A stretch of 64,000 nucleotides of DNA from Azolla caroliniana (lineage: Eukaryota; Plantae; Polypodiophyta). A program made the position numbers and the translations under genes. Position 1 is the first letter of the stretch; every line of letters begins with the position of its first letter. A model generated the notes under the pieces. That model was not told where the DNA came from and did not search any database. It was given only the letters and a program-made list of their open reading frames with translations. The stretch spans positions 27,838,001 through 27,902,000 of the forward strand of contig JBHGNT010000001.1 in assembly GCA_043228905.1 (NCBI GenBank), given 5' to 3'. This document shows, one piece after another, positions 40,325 to 51,348 of the stretch.

Positions 40325-41283
40325 TGTTGTCCATAGGCCAGAAATATAAATTAATTAAATGTAATACGTTGGTAGGTAAGGCGAGTAGGTAAGGTAGAGT
40401 TAGGTAAACGCCGAGTTTTGAGCCTCACAGTCAGCCGGCCGCTTGGCTCTGTATGAAGAAAAAGAAAAAGTATATAAACCGAGGTCTGCGTACCTCGGCA
40501 AGGGGGAGATATCTAGAGCCTAGGCGAGGTCGTTTCATAGATATAAGAGCTTTGTAAGGTCACCGGCCATGGGCCGTGTTTTTGTAATCATTGCTAACTG
40601 TTTGCAGTAATACATATCTATTAGCTCTTGTTGTTTTCGTCTGTGTGCCGTCGTTTCTAAGGTCTCAACTAGTATACGACCCGGGCTCTATTCCGGGTAT
40701 GCTCTCTATTTTCTTCACCTAACGACGCCTCCGTGCACAAGTCTTCACGTTACACTTCCCTTGATACCAATAGCTTGTAGGCATATCAAAGGTGTTTCCA
40801 ACAGAACAGTTAACACAATTTGGCACGCCCGATTACAACTATGAGATCACAGCGAACTACGTTGAAGACAACCTTCAGCCGCCATTACGACGCCCAATCG
40901 CACCAAGCGGTCTCAGCCATCTGGCCGACGCCCTGACCCAGTCGAAGGCACTTCTGACTCGGCAGTCATGGACCAGTCTTTCCAAGAAATATCGGAGGCT
41001 CACCAGTTGCAATCCTCGCCACCTGCTACTCGGTCGCGAGTTGAGTCCACACCAACCTCTCCACCAAGCCCTCCAGAGGTCACCCACCCTGACCCTAACC
41101 CTTTTCCGGTTTTACCGGAAGACCTCGAATTCGATACCATGCCGTATCCTTACCCACGATACACCGACAGCCCCGACGCGGAGTCGCACATCCGTGGCTT
41201 CGTGTCCACCTGGTAGGCCAACCACTCAACACAACGACTCTCGCCTGCCGAAATCGAGGCCTCAAAAATTGCCGGGTTTACGC
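40325..41283 (+). mobile_element. Ty3/gypsy element B (Tat/Athila-like), 5' LTR + PBS + gag start
   Basis: LTR TGTT..AACA at 40325-40815. PBS TGGCACGCCC at 40821-40830 (tRNA-Arg-type). Gag fragment PYPYPRYTDSPDAESHIRGFVSTW*ANH..SKIAGFT is cut by element C. Confidence 0.75.
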
Positions 41284-42580
41284 TGTCGAGGTTATCATCG
41301 CGGATGTGTAGAAGTCGGGTAGGACCACGGGGGTCTCGAACCAAAGAATCAGGGAAACGAGGAGGGAGGAGTTTGGGGTCACGTAGGTCTTGAGACCATG
41401 GGAGAGCGGGCAAGTCTAGCGAACGAGTGAGAGCAAGAGAGACACCCGTAGACATAGACACGGACAAAGGCATCGAGAACGAAGTAGGTTAGGTAGTAAG
41501 AGTTCTATTAAAACACAGGTGCACAGTGCCGTGAGTGGTTACAGCCGGATCAGAGCCAATGATGGAGCGCGGAGCCTAGCAAATCGCCAGGTACCAAGAG
41601 ACGTCGGTGCGTAGAATGTCGATCCCCAGGTCGGGAGCACTCGGGCGTCTGACGCGAGCAAGGGGGAGCCTCTTCTTCCGCGGTCCGTCCTCCGTCTTTC
41701 TCTGTGTATTCTTTTCTTTAGATGGCATCCCGAAGACAGTCAATGGTCGCCCCTTTTATAGCACAAGGAGCGACCGTTACAAGCATTCATGACCTGTCAC
41801 TTTTGTCCTAGATTTTCTCCCCTGATTTACTCTCCTCGTAACTCTCCCTACTTATGCGATCTCTATGCTCTAACTACCTAGTAGTGCTCCTTATACTCAT
41901 GCCTAGTACTTGTCCTATTTAATTCCCTCGAGGCGTGCACTCGCGTAAACCGGTGTTCCTGCGCGTTTCACCTTGTTTCTGACAGGAACTGCACGCTTCG
42001 TATACGCAACGCTCGGCCACAACCGAGCTTAGAATCATACACAGAAAAAAAAAAAGGGGAATGCAAGCACGACACAATGGAGAGAAGAGTACACAGGATG
42101 TTTAACGTGGAAAACCCTGAGAGGGAAAAACCACGGTAGTCCACTGACTGCTAACTATCACTATGTCACAATAATTACAACAGTGAGCTCACGAAGGCAA
42201 CGACCTCGTGCTCACGATCTTCGCCACAGGCGGCGGTTACAACAGAGGCAACGACCTCTTTCTCTCTCTCTCTTTGTACACTGTTACACGCTCTAATCTT
42301 GTGCAAAACAAGAATGACAACAACCACTCAAAGTATTGCCCTAAGTCATATTTATACTAATATGACTTTTCGACTATTTACAAATATAGCCACGATGGAC
42401 TCTCAGAAAAAAACATATTTACAAATATGTCTCTTCATCCGGTTCTCACCGGGTCTGCACCATCCGGCTCTCCGTAGCCGGGTTCTCCTCATCCGGTTTC
42501 GGCCTCGGCCGAGTTTGCTCTTCAACACTGTTCTTCTCCCTTCCCATCCGGAGGGACCTGTCTCCCAACAAACTCCCCCT

Positions 42581-45500
42581 TCACTCCGGCATGGGGTGTC
42601 TTACTAGTCCGATCCTCTTTCGGCATGCATCTAGCTTGTCGGGTATCAACACTTTGGTCAGCATATCTAACCCGTTCTCGACCGTGTAGATCTTCGTCAG
42701 TGCGAACTCCTGGTCATCTACTCTTTCCTGGATCCAGTGATATCTTCGCTGGATATGCTTCGTCCAAGAATGGTAGGCCGCATTCTTAGCAAGATGGATG
42801 GCACTTTGATTGTCGCAATAGAGCCGGTATTCATCTTGTCGGATACCGAGCTCTTCGATGAAGTCCTTCATCCATAATATTTCCTTGCCGGCTTCCACAA
42901 CCGCCATGTACTCCGCCTCAGTGGTTGACAATGCAACCGTCTTCTGCAGCCTCGACTACCACGAAACAACTCCCCTTGCATATGTCATTACATACCCGGA
43001 TGTAGACCGGCTGGTATCCACATCAGCCGACATGTCCGAATCGGTGAAACCGTCAAGTTGAGGTTTTTCGGAGCCGAATCGGAGACACATATTTGAAGTG
43101 CCCTTCAAATACCGGAGTATCCATTTGACCGCATTCCAGTGCTCCTTGCCGGGATTGCTCATAAACCGGCTCACCACTCTGACTGCGTATCCTATATCTG
43201 GACGGGTGCACACCATTGCGCACATTAGGCTCCTGACGACAGAGGCATATGGGACCTTCATCATCTCCGCCTTCTCTGCTTTTGTCTTCGGGCTTTGATT
43301 ACCGGATAGCCTGCAGTTTGCCGGAAGTGTCGATCCGACCGGTTTCGCATCTGACATATTGAACCGTTGAAGCACCTTTGTCATGTACTTCTCCTGTGAT
43401 AGCCACAGTTGCTTCATTGACCGGTTCCGAATAATATGCATCCCCAACATCTGTCTTGCCGAACCCAAGTCTTTCATTGAGAAGGTCCGGTTGAGAGCCT
43501 TCTTCAACATCCGTATTTTGGCTTGGTCATGTCCGACGATCAACATGTCGTCCACGTACAGAAGGAGTATCAGGAAGTCGCCTCCTTCGAACTTCTTCAC
43601 AAACACGCAGTGATCGACCTGCATCTTGTGGTACCCTTGATTGGTCATGAAGGAATCGAACTTCCGGTACCATTGTCGGGGAGCCTGCTTTAGTCCGTAC
43701 AGGCTCTTCTTCAGCCGGCATACCAGGTGCTCCTTCCCTTTCTCCACAAATCCCTCCGGTTGCTGCATGTAGATCTCCTCTTCGAGGTCGCCGTGAAGGA
43801 ATGCCGTCTTCACGTCCAGCTGTTCTACCTCGAGGTCCATGCTTGCCGCTATACTCAGCACCGTCCGGATGGAGGTCAACTTTACTACTGGGGCAAATAT
43901 CTCGTCGAAGTCCACGCCCTTCTTCTACTGGAACCCCTTTACCACGATCCTAGCTTTGTATCTCGGGGGGTTGCCAGCATCTCCCGGTTTCAACTTGTAG
44001 ACCCACTTATTTCGGAGTGCCCGCTTTCCTTTCGGCAACTCCACCAATTCGTACATATGGTTCTCATGTAGGGAATCCATCTCATCCTGCATGGCACTTA
44101 ACCATTTACGGCTGTGGGTGTCATCCTTCGCTTCTTCGAAGCTTTCTGGATCCCCCTCATCGGTTAGCAGCACATGCTCTACATCCGGAAATCTCCGGGG
44201 GGGCCTTCTCTCTCTAAGAGGATATCTCCGTCTTTGGGCTTCGGTAGCCGGCTCCTCCATTTGCTCTTCATCCGAATCTGATTCGGGGTCTTGGCCGGTT
44301 CCGGTTTCAGCTTCCTCTACTTCTTCTTCTGCCGATCCGGTATCCTCACCGTAACCGGCTGGTTCCTCGAGTGCTAACCGGTCTCTTGCCGGTTGGGTCT
44401 GCTCCTCACAGAATCGATCCTTACCGGTCGACTCGGAGTTCATTATCTTCTTCTCCGACTCCTAGTCAGCGAGCGTCTTGTTCTCCATGAAGATAATATC
44501 TCGACTCCGGAATACCTTCTTGTCAACCGGGTCCCACACTCGGTAGCCGAACTCATCATCGCCGTAACCAAGGAATATGCATGGTCGGGTCTTTGGATCT
44601 AACTTTCCTCTTTGGTCCTTAGTTACATGCATGTACGCGAGACACCCGAACACCTTCAGATGCCGGTAGGACACTTCCTTACCGGTCCATACTCTCTGTG
44701 GCGTGTCTCCGTCGAAGGGTACTGAGGGTGATCTGTTTATCACATATGTCGCCGTAGATAGTGCCTTAGCCCAAAACTTCTTGGGTAGTCTTGCATGCGA
44801 TAGCATACTCCGGGGACCCTCTCCATTATGGTCTGGTTCATCCTCTCGACCAACCCGTTTAGTTCCGGCGTCTTCGGCACGGTGAATTCAAGCCGGATTC
44901 CCTTTGAGCGATAGTACTCCTCGAACTGCCCCCGGTATTCACCTCCGTTGTCTGCTCGAACTGCCTTCAGCTTCCGACCGGTTTCTCTTTCCACTCTCGC
45001 GTGTAGCTCTTTGAAGACTGATAGCACCTGATCCTTCGTCTTCAATGGTGTGGCCCACAGCTTCCGGTTGTGGTCATCTATGAATGTCACGAAGTACTGT
45101 GATCCTGCATGTGACTTCGTGTCCACTTGACACACATCAGTGTGCACCAACTCCAGTGGTGCATTATGTCTCATCGGTGGCCTTGGTCGGAAGGAGGTCC
45201 GGTTTTGCTTACCGGCCAGACAATCAATGCACTTCTCCAAGTACACGTTCTTCACTGGAATGAGGTTGTCTTCTGCAAGCCTCTTCATCCCCTTCTCGCT
45301 CATGTGACACAGCCTCTTGTGCCACAGCTCACCGGTAGTGTCGGATGCCACATTCACTTCCTCCGGACATAACCAGGCATTCATCAGGTACAATGTGTTG
45401 ACCTTCCGGGCCCGAGCCACAATCAGGCTCCCCTTGCTGAACTTCATAACACCGTTCCGGATGCTACCTGTGTAGCCTTCATCATCTAGCCGACCGGCTA

Positions 45501-46629
45501 ATATCAGGTTCAGACGAACCTCCGGAACGTGTCGGGCATGCTTCAGCAGCATCTTGCATTCGGTTGGCGTTGTTAGCCACACGTCTCCTATGCCGACAAT
45601 TCGGCATGTACCTTCATTCCCCATCCGGACACAACTGTGATCACCGGCTAAGTAGGATGAGAAGCATTTCCGGTCCGGGGTAAGATGGAACGACGCTCCG
45701 GAGTCTACCACCCAGGTCATCTCGTCGCTGGCAAGGTTTATCTCACTCTCCTTGGTGATGAGCATCAACTTTTCTTCACTTGCCGCGATTGCCGTCGTTC
45801 CCTTCCGGTCCGGCCCCCTCTGGTCTTTACCCTTCCGGTCCAAAGTCCGCTTCGAATTGGTACCGTCGGTTTCCTTGTCTTTTCGGAAATGCCGACAGTT
45901 CTTCTGGAAGTGTCCCGGCTTGCCGCAATAGAAGCAGGTGGGCCTCCCCCTTGACTTTGACCGCGTCCCTGACTTTTCCCGGTTTTGGGGGCTACGGTTC
46001 CTTTGTCTTCCACGTTCCGATTTGGTAAGGAGCGCTTTGGAGTCGGAGCTCGTATCCTTATCTTTTCGACGCGCCTCCTCATCTAGCAAGCTCGACTTCA
46101 CTCTTGCTAGGGATAACCGTTTCCCTTCCGGCCCGGCGTTGCCCAAGGTGACAACCAACGTCTCCCAGCTATCCGGGAGGGAACCGAGCAGGAGTAGCGC
46201 TAGTACCTCATCGACGAGAGGTACTTCCAATGATGTTGCCTGGTGAATCATCCCCTGGAAGGCATTCATGTGCTCCGCCATGTTGGAGTCATCTTGGTAC
46301 CGGAGTCTTACTAGCTTCCGGAATACCGAAACCTGGTTAACAACATTTTTGTTCTGAAACAAAATGTCAATCTTCTCCCAGATCTCATGAGCCTTGCTCT
46401 CTTCATTGAAGTTGTTGTATAGGTTCATGTCGATGAAGCACCGTATGTACGCCGTTGTCTTCATGTGCATCACCTCCTATATCGTGGCGTCGATTTTGTC
46501 CGGTCTCTTGTCCCCGAACTGAACCGGCAACCAAAGATCTTTAACCACGAGCATGTCCCCCATCTTCGACTTCCACACCGAATAGTTGGAGCCGGTGAGC
46601 TTGAACATGCCTCCTAATGAATCATCCAT
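42581..46629 (-). pseudogene. Copia gag-PR-IN-RT-RNaseH polyprotein, disrupted
   Basis: Motifs CFYCGKPGHFQKNC, WVVDSGAS, LWHKRLCH, VHTD..RADNGGEY, LDVKTAFLHG, LYGLKQAPR, LLLYVDDML and CDNQSA. Stops near 46477, 44462, 43925 and 42956, and a frameshift near 44810. Confidence 0.93.
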
Positions 46630-46937
46630 CTTCTGTGTCGTTTCGCTCTGATACCACTTGACAGGAACTGCACGCTCCGTATACGCAACGCTCGGCCACA
46701 ACCGAGCTTAGAATCATACACAGAAAAAAAATAAAATGGGGAATGCAAGCACGACACAATGGAGAGAAGAGTACACAGGATGTTTAACGTGGAAAACCCT
46801 GAGAGGGAAAAACCACGGTAGTCCACTGACTGCTAACTATCACTATGTCACAATAATTACAACAGTGAGCTCACGAAGGCAACGACCTCACGCTCACGAT
46901 CTTCGCCACAGGCAGCGGTTACAACAGAGGCAACGAC

Positions 46938-46980
<43 letters not shown>

Positions 46981-47141
46981 TTTGTACATTGTTACACGCT
47001 CTAATCTTGTGCAAAACAAGAATGACAACAACCACTCAAAGGTTTGCCCTAAGTCATATTTATACTAATATGACTTTTCGGCTATTTACAAATATAGCCA
47101 CGATGGACTCTCAGAAAAAATATATTTACGAATATGTCTCT

Positions 47142-47411
47142 TCATCCGGTTCTCACCAGGTCTGCACCATCCGGCTCTCCGTAGTCGGGTTCTCCTCATC
47201 CGGTTCTCACCGGGTCTGCACCATCCGGCTCTCCGTAGCCGGGTTCTCCTCATCCGGTTCTCACCGGGTCTGCACCATCTGGCTCTCCGTAGCCGGGTTC
47301 TCCTCATCTGGTTCTCACCGGGTCTGCACCATCTGGCTCTCCGTAGCCGGGTTCTCCTCATCCGGTTCTCACCAGGTCTGCACCATCCGGCTCTCCGTAG
47401 CTGGGTACTCG
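47142..47411. repeat. 54-bp tandem repeat x5 in the U3 of the copia 5' LTR
   Basis: Unit TCATCCGGTTCTCACCGGGTCTGCACCATCCGGCTCTCCGTAGCCGGGTTCTCC. Only one unit (42435-42488) is present in the other LTR. Confidence 0.95.
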
Positions 47412-50354
47412 TCATCCGGTTTCGGCCTCGGCCGAGTTTGCTCTTCAGCATTGTTCTTCTCCCTTCCCATCCGGAGGGACTTGTCTCCCAACAGTTTCTA
47501 CCTATGGCCCGGAATCTTCATGACATCCACCCCCACTAAACCGCACATCCTCCGGTATGTGCCGTATTGTGAATTTAGTGAGGGATTTCGGGCCATCGGT
47601 TACTCGTCATCCTCTCCTGAACTGGCGCTTTCGGCTCCCGGGTTAGGTTCTGCTTCGTTCTGTCTCTTGAAGGCTTTTACCTGCTTCCCAGCCACCGAAG
47701 TCACTACTCGCGTCCCGTCGAGCTCCACAAGATGATACGTCGCGTTGTTGTTGACGCTAGTCACCATGTACGATCCGAACCAACGGTTCGCAAACTTATG
47801 TGTAGACCTATGCTAGTTGTCAAGGCTGTTGTCATAGACTAACACCCAATCACCTTCCTCGATATTCCTTGGCCTGAGTCGGTGAGTTCGGTCGAACCGG
47901 GCTTTGTTTCGGATCCGCGCCTCTTTCACCCTTGCCGTGGCGTGTTCCACGTCTTCCGGTCTTCGCTCGAGTTGCTGGATTCGTGCCGCTAGCAGCTCTT
48001 CTCTGCTCATTTTGTTAGACAATTCGATTGCCACCCACGAGGCGATCGTTCTCTCAATGGGCATGATGGGTTTCTGTCTGTACATTAGTTCCACCAGCAT
48101 GTACCCTGTCACCGAGCTGTGGGTAGTCCTGTCCGCCCATAACGCGTACGGTAGGAACCTCGGCCAGTTTCCGACTTGACCTTCGCATGCGCACACAATG
48201 GCCTTTACGATCGAACCGTGGCCCCGTTCAATCTTCCCATTTGCCTCTGGGTTGTACGACGTTGTGAGGGACAGTTTTACGCTGTCGAGGTATTCTTCGC
48301 GGATGCGTGGAATGGGGCGGGGCCTCGGGGGTCTTGTACCGAAGAGCAAGAGACAAAGGAGAAGGGAAGGGACCCACTACGTGTGGGCATAGATTCACAG
48401 GGACACGGCCCTTCGACACAAAGACGCGAGTGGGACACGACGCAGAGAGACACGAATGTATGTATATATATATTAACAAGGACAAACAACAAGAAGCACG
48501 AAGTCGGTTACAACCGAACAGGCCAGCGAACAGATGCCGATGCCTGTTCGTAAACGCTCAGAAAGAAAGGAGTAGGTTGGAGGTGCTGCCGGAAGCACTC
48601 GGGCATTCCTCAGAGCAGCGCGAGCCTCCCGAAACCCTGCACAGAAAGAAGCTACGGAGTATGGAAGAGAGAGAAGCCTTCGGCCCACAACCCGACAACA
48701 CTTCGTCCTCTCTAACCGCGATCCCCCACTCCTCCTCGTCTCCCTCCTTTTATAGGCAAGAAAGGAGTCGTTTCCCATTAACTTCCTACCTACCGAATCT
48801 ACCTACCTAGGATCTTCTATGTACCTAATTCTCTCTTATGTACTACATAAGACGCACGTGCATGAAGAGCCGGTTCCTACGCTCCGGTGCACCGATTCCG
48901 CTTGTGGACGGTTTTCTTCACGACATCCGCCCCCACCTAACCGTGCATCCTCCGGCATGCGCCAAATTGAGTTGGGACGGAGAAAACCGGTCCAGCCTTC
49001 ATTCCCCGCCCGTCGGTTCTTCCTCGGTTTCGGATCGTTCGTCGTCGTGGTCCAGGTTAACCGGATCCGGCTCGTCGTTGTGACGCTTCTTGAACGCTTT
49101 GATCCGCTTCCCAGCTACCGGTATCGCCATTCTCATGCCGTCGAGCTCCGCCAGATGGTACGTCCCGTTGTCGTTGGCGCTTTGTACCACGTAAGGCCCG
49201 AACCACCTTCTTGCGAACTTCCGTGTCGCTCGATGCTGGTTGTCGAGGCTGCTGTCGTAGACTAGCACCCAGTCGCCTTCCTCGATCTTCTTTGGTCGGA
49301 GCCGGTGCGTTCGGTCGAACCGGGCTTTGTTCCTCGTCCTTGCCACCCGAAGCTTTCCCGCAACCTGCTCCACGTCCTCCGGTCTTCACTCGAGCTGTCG
49401 TATGCGCGCCGCCAACAGTTCCTCCCAGCTCATCTCGTCTTTCCAGTCCACGGTTGCCCATGAGGAGATCGTACGTTCCATCGGCATGATCGGCTTCTGC
49501 CCAAACATGAGCTCTGCCGGCATGAATCCGGTTACCGAACTGTGCGTAGTTTGGTCCGCCCACAACGCGTAAGGCAACAGCCGCGGCCAGTTCCCGACTT
49601 GACCTCCGCATGCCCGAACTAACGCCTTGACGATCGGTCCGTGTCCGTGCTCCACCTTCCCATTCGCCTCCGGATTGTACGCAATGGTAAGCGAGAGCTT
49701 GACTCCTAGCCGGTCGAACAACTCCTCGGCCTCTTCGGCGTCCAACTCCCCGCGATCAGCCACGATCTTCCCGACGCACCCGTACCGGCATATCATGTCC
49801 TCGATCAGGAACCGACATATGGCCGCGGTCGTTTTGTTCTGAAGGGCTCGGCCTTCCACCTGGTTCGTCAGATCTTCCCAAGCCAGGACCAGATACCGCA
49901 TCTGTCCTACTCCCATCGGCATCGTCACCAGATCTACCATCCATTTGAAGTGGATGGTCGGAGGGTACGTAGGGTGAAGCTCATCCCGATGTCGGACTAT
50001 GGAGTGCATCTGACAGCTCTCGCAAGTTGTCACGAACCGATGCACGTCCCGGTACAGTCCCGGCCACCAGTACTTCCCCTTTATCTTCTCGAACGTGGCC
50101 CACGTTCCACGGTGTCCAGCCCAAGGGCTATCGTGGTAGGCCGTCAACAGCTCCTCCTGTTCTTCCTTCATCGCCACCACCCGGAGTGGGACGCTGTCGT
50201 GAAGTACGAAAGCTTCACATTAAAAGTCTACAATAAGATAAATACGTAACTAAAATAACATTTGATAATGTTTTATAACAACACATATGATAATATTATA
50301 TATATGTAAAGAAAAATAATATATATATATATATAAATATATTATATTACACGA

Positions 50355-50974
50355 ACAAGAGAGGACTTGAACCAATAAGCCCACCCTATGACTCTCAAAT
50401 CTTACCATTTACTCTACACTAATAATATTCATAAAATAAAGCATACTTTATATATACTTTATATTACATAAAGGATTTGCTTCATGATATAAAAATAAAG
50501 TTGCATGTTGTATTCAATAGTATTTTGAGACTCGAACCCACAACCTCATACACTAAAGTCAACACACCTACCATTAGGCTAGGCCCTTTCTCTTTAAGGT
50601 TATGTTTTCATGTTTATTGTTATTGCATATATTGTTTCATACATAAAAGCTCAAATGAGCGAGATGTTTATCATGCATCACATGTAATGCATGAACGCCA
50701 AATGGTGATCATGCATCACATGCATTTCATGCACTACATGCATGATTTGTACCCTCCAATGCATCATATGCATGGGGGCACCTATTTAAATGGTGAAAGA
50801 GAAGATCAAAGGGGGATATGTATGAGATATCAATCAAATTATATATTTCATAAGAGATACCATAAAAATAGAGAAAGAAGGGAAGAAGTTGAACATAAAC
50901 GTGGAGCTCTAGCTTGGCGGTCGTGGTGGTCAACTCTCAACAAGAGGGAGGTGGTTCGAGCCTTATCTTCATCA
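50355..50974. promoter_or_regulatory. Three tRNA-like A-box/B-box (Pol III-type) cassettes within the F LTR (duplicated at +6820 in the 3' LTR)
   Basis: Minus strand: TAGAGTAAATGG..GGTTCAAGTCC (50416-50363) and TAGCCTAATGG..GGTTCGAGTCT (50581-50528). Plus strand: TAGCTTGGCGG..GGTTCGAGCC (50910-50962). Spacing is tRNA-like; these are not canonical cloverleafs. Confidence 0.65.
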
Positions 50975-51348
50975 AAATATTGAAGTGAAGATTGTAGTGG
51001 TCTACGATCAAGAAAGAGAAGAGCGATTACATTGCAAGACAAAGTTCGGAGGTTCAACGACGTGTACAATCATTTTGTAACTCTTTTATCAAATAATTAT
51101 AAATCTCTTTTATTGCTTCAAATATCATTCTATATCCTATCTTGTCATATCTTGTTGATCACTATTTATCTATCTCTACTCTTTCGTCTCTTCCGTCCAT
51201 AATCCCAGTGATTCCTTCCTCACTTTCACGTTATCCTTTGTCTACGCAACGCTACGCTTCTAGGCGAGCCACGCCACGACACAAATTGGTGAACCCGACG
51301 TGAAACGGGGAAGTAGAAGAGACATCTAAAGTAAAGATCAACATCAAC

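Larger units (their letters stand above)
41980..47493 (-). mobile_element. Full-length Ty1/copia element D (Tork/Tnt1-like)
   Basis: LTRs 41980-42570 and 46659-47493 (TG..CA). 5-bp TSD GTTTC (41975-41979 / 47494-47498). PBS TGGTATCAGAGC (tRNA-iMet) at 46645-46656; PPT at ~42572-42583. Confidence 0.97.
41284..48282 (-). mobile_element. Ty3/gypsy element C remnant: 3' LTR (41284-41979 + 47499-47525), PPT, integrase C-half
   Basis: LTR ends TGTCGAGG / CTTCATGACA resemble element E, with a PPT at 47526-47537. Integrase YNPEANGKIERGHG..ALWADRTT..GDWVLVYD at 47813-48282. Flank ACGC at 41280-41283. Confidence 0.85.

Noticed and set aside
46989-47735. 248-aa ORF with an 18-aa repeat
   Set aside because: Read-through of the 54-bp LTR repeat that crosses an element junction.
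50355-50974. Calling the LTR cassettes true tRNA genes
   Set aside because: Anticodon and acceptor stems do not form canonical cloverleafs; kept only as tRNA-like promoter elements.
50477-50983. His/Met-rich 168-aa ORF (identical copy at 57297-57803)
   Set aside because: Lies in the LTR and has a non-ATG start; its composition derives from CATGCA repeats and its duplication is just the LTR pair.
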